59,431 nucleotides of DNA from Myxococcota bacterium (lineage in GTDB: Bacteria > Myxococcota_A > UBA9160 > UBA6930). Of the stretch, positions 28,976 through 38,338 are shown in pieces. Below the pieces are notes generated by a model. The model ran no database searches and was not told the DNA's origin. It was given only the letters and a program-made list of their open reading frames with translations. Numbering within the stretch: the stretch's first letter is position 1; every line of letters starts with the position of its first letter. Position numbers and translations under genes: made by a program. The DNA lies in contig DATBRS010000246.1 of NCBI GenBank assembly GCA_036560185.1, forward strand, positions 1-59,431. Reading direction: 5' to 3'.

Positions 28976-30556
28976 CTAGCGGTCGGTCTCGCGCTCGAAG
29001 CGGAGCTGCGCCGTGACGACGACGCCCTCCTCGGCGAGCACCGCGAGCGCTTCCTGTGCGCGCATCGAGAGCTGCGCGGCGTCGAGGGTGAGCCGTATGC
29101 CGAGCTGCTCGACGCGAAGCGCGCTCGCCTCCGCGCGCGCGCGCGGCACGTCGACGATGCGCTGCATCGTGGCCTCCTTCTCGTCGCGGTCGTCGAGGCC
29201 GGGCGCGCTCACGAGGTCCGACTCGGGCAGCTTCAGCTCGAGCGCGGGCTCCTCCTCCTGCGGGAACGGATTCTCGGCCGCCGGCAGAATCTCGAAGCCA
29301 TCAGTGATCTCTTCGAGCGCTCCGCCCGAGACGGCGCTCGTGCGGTTGGTGGGCTCCTCGGCCAGCGCCGCGAGCTCGAAATCCTCGCCGTTCTCGCGCG
29401 CGGCGGCTTCGAGCGAGAACTGCGTGGCGCGCCCACGCTCTTGCGGCAACCCCGGAGTGGGAGCTGGGCCGTTCACTTCGCTGCCGATCGGCTGATGGTC
29501 GAGCACGAAGGTCAACTCGAACGACTCGATGCGCACGACGTCGCCGACGGCGAGCACGTGCTTCTTCGTGCGCTGTCCGTTCACGTAAATGCCGTTCACC
29601 GACTCGAGATCCCGCACCTCGTAGCCCGCGGGCGACTGCGAGAACAGCGCGTGCCGGCGCGAGACGCCCGCGTCGGAGAGCATGATCTCGCATTCCGGCG
29701 CGCGGCCCGCGCACAGCTCGCCGTCTTCCCACGGCCGTAACAAGTGCAGCTTGCCGTCGCGCTGCACGATCAAGCCCGCGTAGAGCTTCGCGTCGCTCGC
29801 GGCGTCCGCGGCCGCCGCCGGTGCCGCCGCACGCGCCGAACCCTCGGCCGCCGCGGGCGCGCCGAAGTCGAACAGCGAGGTGTGCTCCGGATTCGGCGTG
29901 GCGCCTCCGCCACTCGCGACCGTGCCGAGCACCGCATCTTGCTCCGCCGGCGCGAGGTCGTCCTCGCCGAACGCGAACACGCCGTCGGGATCCGGCGCGG
30001 AGTTCGCGGCCGGCGCCTCCGCCGCGAGCTCCTCGGGCGTCAGCTCCTCGGGCGTGAGCTCGAACGGCTCGCTCTCCTCGCTCGCGGGAGCGGGCGCACT
30101 GGGCGCACGCGTCGCCGGAGCGGCGGGCGGTGCGACCTTTGGGGGCGCGCTGGCGGGCTTCGCCACCGCGGGCTGCGCATCGAGTGCCAGGAACGTCTGC
30201 GACGCGTCCCAGGCGTCGCTCGGCCGCGCCTTGGGCCCGCTCGCGAGCTTCGGTCCCGCCTGGACCACGATTCGCAGCTCGTACTTGCCGAGCTGCACGA
30301 CGTCGTTCACGGCCATGGGCACGACGCCTTGGATGCGCTCGCCGTTCAGCTGCGTGCCGTTCTCGCTGCCGAGATCCTCGAGCTCGAAGCCATCGCCCTC
30401 ACGGCGCAGCGTGGCGTGAAAGCGGCTCACCGCGAGGTTGTTCACGACCACGTCGTTCTCGCGCATGCGGCCGATGCGAAGCTGCGGGCCCACGAAGGCG
30501 ACCTCGCTGAGCAAGCGGCCCTTGAGCGAAAGCTGAACCCGGGGCGAACCCGCCAT
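28976..30556 (-). CDS. Protein with two FHA domains and acidic low-complexity linkers
   Basis: FHA1: IGRMRENDVVVNNLAVSRFHA...DLGSENGTQLNG. FHA2: AGRAPECEIMLSDAGVSRRHA...DLESVNGIYVNG. ATG 30556 follows a GAGGGA SD. Confidence 0.88.
   Translation of the reverse strand: MAGSPRVQLSLKGRLLSEVAFVGPQLRIGRMRENDVVVNNLAVSRFHATLRREGDGFELEDLGSENGTQLNGERIQGVVPMAVNDVVQLGKYELRIVVQAGPKLASGPKARPSDAWDASQTFLALDAQPAVAKPASAPPKVAPPAAPATRAPSAPAPASEESEPFELTPEELTPEELAAEAPAANSAPDPDGVFAFGEDDLAPAEQDAVLGTVASGGGATPNPEHTSLFDFGAPAAAEGSARAAAPAAAADAASDAKLYAGLIVQRDGKLHLLRPWEDGELCAGRAPECEIMLSDAGVSRRHALFSQSPAGYEVRDLESVNGIYVNGQRTKKHVLAVGDVVRIESFELTFVLDHQPIGSEVNGPAPTPGLPQERGRATQFSLEAAARENGEDFELAALAEEPTNRTSAVSGGALEEITDGFEILPAAENPFPQEEEPALELKLPESDLVSAPGLDDRDEKEATMQRIVDVPRARAEASALRVEQLGIRLTLDAAQLSMRAQEALAVLAEEGVVVTAQLRFERETDR
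30027..30061. repeat. 15-bp tandem duplication within the FHA gene (ELTPE-ELTPE-EL)
   Basis: agctcctcgggcgtc / agctcctcgggcgtg / agctc. Confidence 0.8.
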
Positions 30557-30669
30557 GCGATCCCTCGCGCGCGAAGAGAGGTTTCCTGCATACGGCTCTT
30601 CGCCGCGCAGGTGCATGGACTTGACCCCCGAACGCGCGGGAGGAACGCGACGGCGCGCCCCGGCGTGCG

Positions 30670-31140
30670 TCAGCCCTCGTAGCGGATCGCGGCGATCACG
30701 ACCGCGGCGTCGCCGCGCGGGCGGCGTACCGTCACCTCGTCGCCCTCGCCCTTGCCCATCAGCGCCCGGCCCAGCGGCGACTCGATCGAGAGCAGGCCTC
30801 GGCTCGGATCCGACTCGTCCGGCCCGACCAGCCGATACTCGACGCCTTCCCCGGACTCCTCCTCGACCGTCACGAACGCGCCGAAGTAGATGCGGTCGCG
30901 CCGCGCCGGCGGCTCGCTCACGATGGTCAGCGAGTCGAGCTTTTGCTGCAGGAAGCGCAGCCGGCCGTCGATCTCGCGCAGCCGCTTCTTGCCGTAGATG
31001 TACTCGGCGTTCTCGCTGCGATCGCCGAGCGCGGCGGCGTCCGCCACCTGCGCCGTCACGCGCGGGCGCTCGACGCGCCACAGGCGCTCCGCCTCTTCCT
31101 GTAGGCGCCGAAAGCCCTCGGGCGTGATGTAGCTGCCCAT
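30670..31140 (-). CDS. greB: Transcription elongation factor GreB
   Basis: [47 protein letters not shown] and [13 protein letters not shown]. Confidence 0.96.
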   Translation of the reverse strand: MGSYITPEGFRRLQEEAERLWRVERPRVTAQVADAAALGDRSENAEYIYGKKRLREIDGRLRFLQQKLDSLTIVSEPPARRDRIYFGAFVTVEEESGEGVEYRLVGPDESDPSRGLLSIESPLGRALMGKGEGDEVTVRRPRGDAAVVIAAIRYEG

Positions 31141-31205
31141 GCGGCGGGAGTTACGGAACGCCGCTGGGCCGGGCAAGCGCGCCTGGATCGCGCGCGCGCG
31201 GCCCC

Positions 31206-31218
31206 TACGTTGCGCCGC
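31206..31218 (+). promoter_or_regulatory. -10 element of a probable leaderless SNF2 transcript
   Basis: TACGTT (31206-31211), GCGCCGC, then GTG 31219. No SD. Confidence 0.5.
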
Positions 31219-34116
31219 GTGCAGGCGCTGTTCGACAGAGTGCGCGGCGAGGCAGAGCGCGGCGCGTGGACCGAGGGCGTCGAGATCGCGCGCGCGGGCG
31301 GCGTCACCCAAGAGCGCGTCGCGGGCGGTGAGCGCGTGCTGCGCGTGCGGCCGAGCGCCGGCCTGATCCACCCCACCGTGCTGATCTACGTCGACGACCA
31401 GGAGTGGGAGTGCGACTGCGGCAGCGCGCAGGATCCGTGCGCGCACGTCGCGGCGGCGGTCATCGCGCTGCGCCGCGCGCAGCAGGAGGGCCGCGAGCTG
31501 CCGGCGGCGGCGGCCTCCGGCGCGGGCGCGCTCGGCTATCGCTTCCGCAGCGAGGCGACCGGGCTCTCGCTGCAGCGCGTCGTCGTGCGCGGCGAGCGCG
31601 AGGAGCCGCTGCGCGCATCGCTCGCGGCGCTGCGCTCGGGGCGCGCCGTCGGCCCACCGGTGAGCCCGACGCAGAGCGACGTCGCGATCGAGATCGCCCT
31701 CGGCGCAGCGCCCGTCGGCCCGCTGCCGCGCGGCGTGCTGCGCGCCCTGCTCGCGCCGCTCGAGAGCTGCGACGACGTGACGCTCGACGGCGCGCGGATC
31801 CGCGCGAGCCGCGAGCCTGTCGGCCTGCGCGCGCGCCTCGTCGACGAGGGTCCGGGCTTTCGCCTGCTCGCCGAGCCCGATCCGCCGATCGCGCGCGCGC
31901 TGCCCGACGGCTTCGCGCTGTGCGGCGACGTGCTGCGCGAAGTCGGCCCTTCCCGGCTCACCGGTCGCGAGCGCGACGAGCTGCGCCCGCCGGGGCGCTG
32001 GTTCAGCGCGAACGACGCCGCGTCGCTGATCGCGGACCTCCTGCCCGATCTTGAGCAGCGCGTACCGGTATCGCTCGAGACGACCCGCCTCGCGCGGGGG
32101 CGCCGCGAGCCGCCGCGGCTGCGCGTCGAGACCGAGCGCCGCGGCGACGCGCTCTCGGTACTCGCCACCATCGTCTACGGCGATCCGCCGACCGCGCGCA
32201 TCGACGCGGGCAAGCTGGTTGCGCTCGGCGGCGCGATCCCGATTCGCGACGAGGCCGCCGAGCGGGAGCTCGAGCGGCGGCTCGCGCAGCAGCTCGAGCT
32301 CGCGCCGGGGCACCGCGCGGAGCTCGCGCCGGCAGACGCGATCCGCTTTCGCGAGCGCCTCGAGCGCACGCGCGTGGAAGTCGCGGGCACGGCGCAGCGC
32401 GAGTTCACGCTCGCGGCGGCGCTCGAGCCCGAGCTGCACGTGGACGCCGAACGCTTCGCCGTGCGCTTCCGCAGCGTGGGCGGCGGCGAGGCGAGCGCAA
32501 GCCGGGTGCTCGCCGCGTGGCGCGCCGGCGAAGCGCTGGTGCCGCTCGCGGGCGGCGGCTTCGCCCCGCTCCCGCACAACTGGCTCGCGAAGCTCGGGCC
32601 GCTCGTGGCGGATTTGCTCGCGGCGCGGCGCCCCGATGGCAGCGTGCCCGCGAGCGGACTGCCCGATCTCGCGCGCCTCTGCGACGCGCTGGAGCAGCCG
32701 CGGCCGCCGGGCTTAGAGCGCCTCGCCGCGCTGCTCGGCGATTTCACCCAGCTGCCCGAGGCCCCGCTCGCCGCCGCGCTCGCGAGCCGGCTGCGGAGTT
32801 ATCAGGTCGTCGGCGTGCGCTGGCTGCACTTCCTCGGCCGCGCGGGCCTCGGTGCGCTGCTCGCCGACGACATGGGCCTCGGCAAGACGCTGCAGGCCCT
32901 CGCGACCTTCGGGCCGCGCACCCTGGTGGTCGCGCCGACCAGCCTGCTGGCGAACTGGCGCGACGAGCTCACGCGCTTTCGGCCGGAGCTGGAAGTGCAC
33001 ACTTATCACGGCGCAGACCGTGAGCTCGAGGATCGCGCGCCCGTCACGCTCACCACGTACGCCCTGTTGCGGCGCGACGCGGAGGCGCTCGCCGCGATTC
33101 CCTGGGAGCTGGTCGTGCTCGACGAAGCGCAGGCGATCAAGAATCCCGACAGCCAGACCGCGCGGGCCGCGTTCGCGCTGCGCGCCGAGCGCCGCATCGC
33201 GCTGACGGGCACGCCCGTCGAGAACCGGCTCGAAGAGCTCTGGAGCGAGATGCACTTCCTGAATCCCGGCCTGCTCGGCGGGCGCGCGGACTTCGACGAG
33301 CGCGTCGCGCGACCGCTCGCCGCCGGCGATCCCGACGCTGCGCCGCGCCTGCGCGAGCGCCTGCGGCCGTTCGTGCTGCGCCGGCGCAAGGCCGAGGTCG
33401 CGCCGGAGCTGCCGCCGCGCACCGAGCTGGTGCTGCACTGTGTGCTCTCCGACGCCGAGCGAGCCGTCTACGACGCGGTGCGGGCGGCGACGACGCCCGA
33501 GGTGATCGCGCGCCTCGCGCACGGCGGCAGCGTGATGGAGGCGCTCGAAGCGCTGCTGCGCATGCGCCAGGCGTGCTGCCACCCGCGCCTCGTACCGGGC
33601 CAGCAGCTCGACGCCTCCGCCAAGCTCGAGCTGCTCGCCGACCGGCTCGAGACGATCGCGGCGGAGGGGCACAAGGCACTCGTCTTCTCGCAGTGGACGG
33701 CGCTGCTCGACCTCGTCGAGCCCCGGCTGCGCGAGGTGGGCCTCGACTTCGTGCGCCTCGATGGCTCGACCCGCGATCGCGGGGAGGTCGTCGCGCGCTT
33801 CCAGGCGAGCGCAGGCCCGCCCGTCTTCCTGATCTCGCTGCGCGCAGGCGGGACCGGCCTGAACCTAACAGCCGCGGATCACGTCTTCCTGCTCGATCCG
33901 TGGTGGAACCCCGCGGTCGAAGACCAGGCCGCCGACCGCGCTCACCGCATCGGGCAAGAGCGCCCCGTGCTCGTGCACCGCTTGGTCGCGCAGGACACCG
34001 TCGAGGAGCGCATCCTCGCGCTGCAGCAGAGCAAGCGCGCGCTCGCGGCGGCGGCGCTCGACGGCGGCGCGGGCGGCGAGCTGACGCGCGAGGACCTGAT
34101 CGCGTTGCTCGCGTAG
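31219..34116 (+). CDS. SWIM zinc finger plus SNF2-family ATPase
   Basis: SWIM motif [18 protein letters not shown]2 motifs [56 protein letters not shown] and [21 protein letters not shown]. Confidence 0.95.
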   Translation: MQALFDRVRGEAERGAWTEGVEIARAGGVTQERVAGGERVLRVRPSAGLIHPTVLIYVDDQEWECDCGSAQDPCAHVAAAVIALRRAQQEGRELPAAAASGAGALGYRFRSEATGLSLQRVVVRGEREEPLRASLAALRSGRAVGPPVSPTQSDVAIEIALGAAPVGPLPRGVLRALLAPLESCDDVTLDGARIRASREPVGLRARLVDEGPGFRLLAEPDPPIARALPDGFALCGDVLREVGPSRLTGRERDELRPPGRWFSANDAASLIADLLPDLEQRVPVSLETTRLARGRREPPRLRVETERRGDALSVLATIVYGDPPTARIDAGKLVALGGAIPIRDEAAERELERRLAQQLELAPGHRAELAPADAIRFRERLERTRVEVAGTAQREFTLAAALEPELHVDAERFAVRFRSVGGGEASASRVLAAWRAGEALVPLAGGGFAPLPHNWLAKLGPLVADLLAARRPDGSVPASGLPDLARLCDALEQPRPPGLERLAALLGDFTQLPEAPLAAALASRLRSYQVVGVRWLHFLGRAGLGALLADDMGLGKTLQALATFGPRTLVVAPTSLLANWRDELTRFRPELEVHTYHGADRELEDRAPVTLTTYALLRRDAEALAAIPWELVVLDEAQAIKNPDSQTARAAFALRAERRIALTGTPVENRLEELWSEMHFLNPGLLGGRADFDERVARPLAAGDPDAAPRLRERLRPFVLRRRKAEVAPELPPRTELVLHCVLSDAERAVYDAVRAATTPEVIARLAHGGSVMEALEALLRMRQACCHPRLVPGQQLDASAKLELLADRLETIAAEGHKALVFSQWTALLDLVEPRLREVGLDFVRLDGSTRDRGEVVARFQASAGPPVFLISLRAGGTGLNLTAADHVFLLDPWWNPAVEDQAADRAHRIGQERPVLVHRLVAQDTVEERILALQQSKRALAAAALDGGAGGELTREDLIALLA

Positions 34117-34160
34117 CCGCGAAATTCGCGCGCGAGAATCGCTTCGGCGCGGCGTGCAGC

Positions 34161-34174
34161 TACTGTGCGCCGCC
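34161..34174 (+). promoter_or_regulatory. -10 element of a probable leaderless DUF4262 operon
   Basis: TACTGT (34161-34166), GCGCCGCC, then in-frame GTG 34175. No SD. Confidence 0.5.
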
Positions 34175-34690
34175 GTGCGAGAGCAACCCGACATCGACGC
34201 CCGCGTGCGTGAGCACATCACCCGCTTCGGCTGGCACCTCGTGCTGATTCCGCCGACTCCCGAGGCGAGCGGCTGGGTACACACGATCGGACTCGAGGAG
34301 CGTTTCGGGCACGCCGAGCTGATCGTCTTCGGCAACGACTTCTCGGTGCTCTCCCCGCTACTCAACGCGCTCGGCGAACGCATCCGCGCGGGCGCTCGGC
34401 TGCGATCCGGCGCCGAGCTGTCCGGCGTGCTCGAGGGTCTGCCGCTCGCCTTCCGGAGCGTCGCCCCGAAGTGGATCGAGCCCTTCCTCGGGAACGCCGC
34501 GTGGCACTACCAGCGCGAGTCGATTCCGGCGCTCCAGTGCTTCTGGCCCGACGCTGCGGGGCGTTTCCCGTGGCAGCCCGAGTTCGACTCCGCGCTGCGC
34601 GACGACCAGCCGCTCTTGTTCGAGCGCGAGACCCACAAGGCGCTCTCGGAGCGCATGCTCGCCGCGCTGCGGGCCGACGGGGCGCTGTGA
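34175..34690 (+). CDS. DUF4262-like protein
   Basis: FGWHLV, WVHTIGL...GHAELIVFG and ALQCFWPDAAGRFPWQP match the DUF4262 pattern (YTVGL / HPEL / Q-x-x-WPD-x-x-G-x-x-PW). Confidence 0.75.
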   Translation: MREQPDIDARVREHITRFGWHLVLIPPTPEASGWVHTIGLEERFGHAELIVFGNDFSVLSPLLNALGERIRAGARLRSGAELSGVLEGLPLAFRSVAPKWIEPFLGNAAWHYQRESIPALQCFWPDAAGRFPWQPEFDSALRDDQPLLFERETHKALSERMLAALRADGAL

Positions 34691-36162
34691 GACTGCACGT
34701 GGCGGTCGTCGGCGCTGGCATCGCGGGCCTCGGCGCGGCGCTCGCGCTCGCGCGCGGCGGACATCGCGTCACGCTGCTCGAGCGCGACGCGACGCCGCTC
34801 CCCGAGAGCCCGGTCCTCGCCTTCGAGCGCTGGAATCGCCGCGGCGCACCCCAGGTACGGCATTCGCACGCGTTCCTTGCCCGGCTGCGAAACCTGTTGC
34901 GGGATCGCGCGCCCGACGTGCTCGCCGCGCTGCTCGCGGCGGGAGCCGAGGAGCTGCCGCTCTCGAACTTGTTGCGGCCCGGCATCGACGACGCGTCGCC
35001 CAAGCCCGGCGACGAAGATCTGACGCTGCTCGCCTGTCGGCGCATCACGTTTGAGTGGGTGCTGCACGGCCTCGTACTGCGGGAGCGGGGCGTCGCCTTT
35101 CGCGACGGCTGCGACGTGCGCGGCCTGATCGTCGATGGCGAGCTCGCGGGCAGACCGCGCGTTGCTGGCGTGCGCGTGCGCAGCGACCACGGCGACGAGG
35201 AGCTGCGCGCCGACCTGGTGGTCGACGCGAGCGGCCGCCGTTCTCCGCTCGCGTCGTGGCTCGCCGCCGCGAGCTTGCCCGCGCTCGACGAAGTCAGCGA
35301 ACCGTGCGGTGTCTACTACTGCTCGCGCTTCTACCGCCTGCGCGACGCGGCCACGGCACCCGAGCGCGAGACCACGATCGGCGCCGACCTCGGCTACCTC
35401 AAGTACGCGATCTTCCACGGCGACGGGCACATCTACTCCGTCACCTTCGCGGCGGCGCCCGAGGACAAGCCGCTGCGCGCGCTGCTGCGCGAGGCGCCGT
35501 TCGAGGCGGCAGCACGGCAATTTCCGGTGATCGCGCGCTGGATCGACCCGGCGATCGCCGAGCCGATCACGACGGTGTTCGGCATGGACGGCCTGCAGAA
35601 CACGCGGCGCTCGCTCGCCACGAACGGCGATCCGCGCGTCGCGGGACTGGTGGCGCTCGGCGACGCCGCGATCCACACCAACCCGCTCTACGGCCGCGGC
35701 TGCACGTTCGCGCTGGTGCACGCGTGGTGCCTCGCGGACGCGCTCGCCGAGAGCGCCGACGTGCTGGCCGCGGCGCGTGCCCTGGAAGCGGCCACCGGGC
35801 GCGAGATCGCACCTTGGTACCAGCTCGCGCTCGCGCAGGATCGCGACGCGGCGGTGTGGGCGGCCCAACTGCGCGGGGACGCCCCCGCCGCAACGGCGGC
35901 AGCGAGCGGCGGCGCCGTCGACCCGCGCGCGTACATGCGCGACGTGATGCAGCGCGGCCTCGTGCCGGCACTGCGGCTCGACTCGACGGTGCTGCGCGCG
36001 TTCTCGCGCGGCTTCAACCTGCTCGACCCGCCGGGCGAGCTGATGCGCCGGCCGGACATTCTCCAGCGGGTGCTCGCGATCTATCAGGGGCGCGAGCAGC
36101 GTGAACAGCCGTACCTTGGGCCCGCCCGAGAGGAGCTGATCGCGATCCTGCAAGCGGCGTGA
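34687..36162 (+). CDS. FAD-dependent oxidoreductase (monooxygenase/halogenase-like fold)
   Basis: VVGAGIAGL dinucleotide motif, LLERD, QVRHSH, LVVDASGRRS and GDAAIHTNPLYGRG. GTG 34687 overlaps the upstream stop. Confidence 0.88.
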   Translation: MRLHVAVVGAGIAGLGAALALARGGHRVTLLERDATPLPESPVLAFERWNRRGAPQVRHSHAFLARLRNLLRDRAPDVLAALLAAGAEELPLSNLLRPGIDDASPKPGDEDLTLLACRRITFEWVLHGLVLRERGVAFRDGCDVRGLIVDGELAGRPRVAGVRVRSDHGDEELRADLVVDASGRRSPLASWLAAASLPALDEVSEPCGVYYCSRFYRLRDAATAPERETTIGADLGYLKYAIFHGDGHIYSVTFAAAPEDKPLRALLREAPFEAAARQFPVIARWIDPAIAEPITTVFGMDGLQNTRRSLATNGDPRVAGLVALGDAAIHTNPLYGRGCTFALVHAWCLADALAESADVLAAARALEAATGREIAPWYQLALAQDRDAAVWAAQLRGDAPAATAAASGGAVDPRAYMRDVMQRGLVPALRLDSTVLRAFSRGFNLLDPPGELMRRPDILQRVLAIYQGREQREQPYLGPAREELIAILQAA

Positions 36163-36185
36163 CGGAAGCCGCGGGAGGAGGCCCC

Positions 36186-36749
36186 ATGAGACTCAGCAAG
36201 CCGCGCGTCGAACCCCTCGACCTGGCGAGCGCCGATCCCGAGACGCGCGAGCAGCTCGCCAAGCTCGCTGGCGGCGACCTCGGCAGCGGCCGCGTGCTCA
36301 ACATCTTCGCGACGCTCGCGCATCACCCCGAGCTGATGCGCCGCTGGCTGGTGTTCGGCAATCATGTGCTCGCGAAGTCCACGCTGCCCGCGCGCGAGCG
36401 CGAGCTCGCGATCCTCCGCGTCGGCTACCGCTGCAAGAGCGAGTACGAGTGGGGCCAGCACGTGCTGATCGCGCGCCGCTGCGGCATCAGCGACGTGGAG
36501 ATCGCGGGCATCGCCGCGGGACCCGATGCTCCGGGCTGGAGTGCTGCGGACGCCGCGGTGCTCCGCGCCGCGGACGAACTGCACGAGGACCAGATGATCG
36601 GCGACGCGACCTGGGCGGAGCTGTCGAAATCGTGGAGCCGGCAGCAGCTGATGGACCTCGTGTTCGCGATCGGGCAGTACCACTTGGTCGCGATGGCCCT
36701 GAACACGCTCGGCGTCCAGCGCGATCCGGGAGTGCCCGGTTTGCCCTGA
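36186..36749 (+). CDS. Carboxymuconolactone decarboxylase / AhpD-like protein
   Basis: LAHHPEL, LPARERELAILR...SEYEWGQH and MDLVFAIGQYH. Strong GGAGGAGG SD. Confidence 0.85.
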   Translation: MRLSKPRVEPLDLASADPETREQLAKLAGGDLGSGRVLNIFATLAHHPELMRRWLVFGNHVLAKSTLPARERELAILRVGYRCKSEYEWGQHVLIARRCGISDVEIAGIAAGPDAPGWSAADAAVLRAADELHEDQMIGDATWAELSKSWSRQQLMDLVFAIGQYHLVAMALNTLGVQRDPGVPGLP

Positions 36750-36801
36750 GCGCGGGATCTCTCATAACACCCGCGTTCCGAATCGATTCCGCAATTAGAC
36801 G

Positions 36802-37749
36802 TCAGGCCTCATCGCGATAGAGCGCGACGGAGATCTTTCCACCCGGCTGCGCCAAACCGCGCACCATCCCGGCGGTATTGAACACGGCGAGCGGGTCGCC
36901 CTGCCGCGCGATCGCGATGCAGCCGCCGCTGCCTCCCAGCGCCGCGACGCGCGCGAGCGCCTGCTCACACGCCGCGCGGAGAGGGAGGCGCCCGATGCGG
37001 ATCGCGGCGTCGACCTCGTGCGCGAAGGCGGCGCGCAGAAAGGCTTCGCCATGCCCCGTCGCGGAGACGGCGCAGGTCGCGTTGTCCGCCCACGTGCCCG
37101 CACCGAGGATCGGCGAGTCGCCGACGCGCCCCGGGCGCTGGTTCGTCATGCCGCCGGTCGACGTCGCCGCCGCGAGGTCGCCGCGCGCGTCGCGCGCGAC
37201 CGCCCCCACCGTGCCGAGCGCGCTCGGCTCGTCACGATCGAGACTCACGCGATCTCCGCTCTGCGCGCTGGCGAGCTCGGCGCGGCGCTCCTCCGTAACA
37301 AGCCAGCCGTCCGTGGCCGACGCGGCGCCGAGCTCTCGCGCGAAGCGATCGGCGCCCTCGCCCGCGAGAAACACGTGACGCCCGTCTTCGAGCACGTGGC
37401 GGGCGAGTGCGATCGGGTTGCGCACGCCGCGCACGCACGCGACGGCGCCGGCGGCGCGCGTTCGGCCGTCCATCAACGCGGCGTCCATCTCGACGGTGCC
37501 ATCGGCGGTAAGAGCGGAGCCGCGACCGGCGTTGAAGAGCGGGTCGTCCTCGAGCGCCGCCACTGCCGCTTGCACGACATCGAGGACGCGGGCGCCGGAT
37601 TCGAGGCGGCCGATCCCCACGCGCAGTACGCGCGCGATGGCGTCGCGAAGCTCCCGATCGCGCGACGGCGCGAGTCGATCGCGCTCGATCCGACCCGCGC
37701 CGCCGTGGACCGAGAGCGCGACCCCGCCGCGCGCTTCCTCCGCTGTCAT
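36802..37749 (-). CDS. iaaA: Isoaspartyl peptidase / L-asparaginase (Ntn hydrolase)
   Basis: VHGGAG, LEDDPLFNAGRG, EMDAALMDG, autocleavage site GTVGAVA, ATSTGG, GRVGDSP and SATGHGE. Confidence 0.94.
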   Translation of the reverse strand: MTAEEARGGVALSVHGGAGRIERDRLAPSRDRELRDAIARVLRVGIGRLESGARVLDVVQAAVAALEDDPLFNAGRGSALTADGTVEMDAALMDGRTRAAGAVACVRGVRNPIALARHVLEDGRHVFLAGEGADRFARELGAASATDGWLVTEERRAELASAQSGDRVSLDRDEPSALGTVGAVARDARGDLAAATSTGGMTNQRPGRVGDSPILGAGTWADNATCAVSATGHGEAFLRAAFAHEVDAAIRIGRLPLRAACEQALARVAALGGSGGCIAIARQGDPLAVFNTAGMVRGLAQPGGKISVALYRDEA

Positions 37750-37805
37750 CGGGCGAATCCCTCTCAGCTGCGCGCGGAGAACGGAGGGGACCGCCCTTCG
37801 GCGCG

Positions 37806-38333
37806 CTAGCGAATCCGCTTCACCCGGATCGAGCGCCCCTCGCCGTTGCGGCGCAGGTAGTAGGCGCCCAGCGCGCCCACTTCGATCGCCACGCGATCTC
37901 CAGGCCGCAGCGCGAAGCTGACGCCGTCGGCTTGCTTCCAGACCTGTCCGTTCGCCAGCGTGGCTTCGATCAGCCGATCACCGCCCCGGTGAGAGGTCGC
38001 GACCGTGGAGGCGATCGCTCGAGGAGGCTCGACGCCGTAGCTCGCGCGCAGCGCGCGCGTGCTCTTCTCGGACGACTTCCCGAACCACCCCTCTCGCGCT
38101 TTCGCATCGTCGTCGGGCGGTGGAGACGCAGACGACGACGCCAGCGGTGTCGGTAAGGGCGCCGCTGGCGTCGTCAGCTCTTGCGTTCGATCGAGGACGC
38201 GGTCGTAGCAGGCGAGCCGCTGGTCGGCGGCCTCGATCTTCCGGCAACCGAGGAGGGTCTCCTCCGCGGCGCCCGATGCCGCCACCGAGAGCGGAACGAG
38301 TAGCGCGAGCCACCGTCCCGCTCTCGGCGACAT
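37806..38333 (-). CDS. Exported hypothetical protein with a C-x(11)-C motif (RLACYD type)
   Basis: Signal peptide MSPRAGRWLALLVPLSVAASGA, GCRKIEAADQRLACYD and a C-terminal beta region ATLANGQVWKQ...GALGAYYL. Starts 5 nt after the receptor stop. Confidence 0.72.
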   Translation of the reverse strand: MSPRAGRWLALLVPLSVAASGAAEETLLGCRKIEAADQRLACYDRVLDRTQELTTPAAPLPTPLASSSASPPPDDDAKAREGWFGKSSEKSTRALRASYGVEPPRAIASTVATSHRGGDRLIEATLANGQVWKQADGVSFALRPGDRVAIEVGALGAYYLRRNGEGRSIRVKRIR

Positions 38334-38338
38334 GGGAA

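Noticed and set aside
36780-36789. 10-bp palindrome GAATCGATTC between convergent genes
   Set aside because: Single short occurrence with no loop or U-tract, and it is downstream of both genes.
37806-38333. Type VI secretion VasI-like call based on the RLAC motif
   Set aside because: No T6SS genes are in the window, and the rest of the protein and its coupling to a TonB receptor do not fit.
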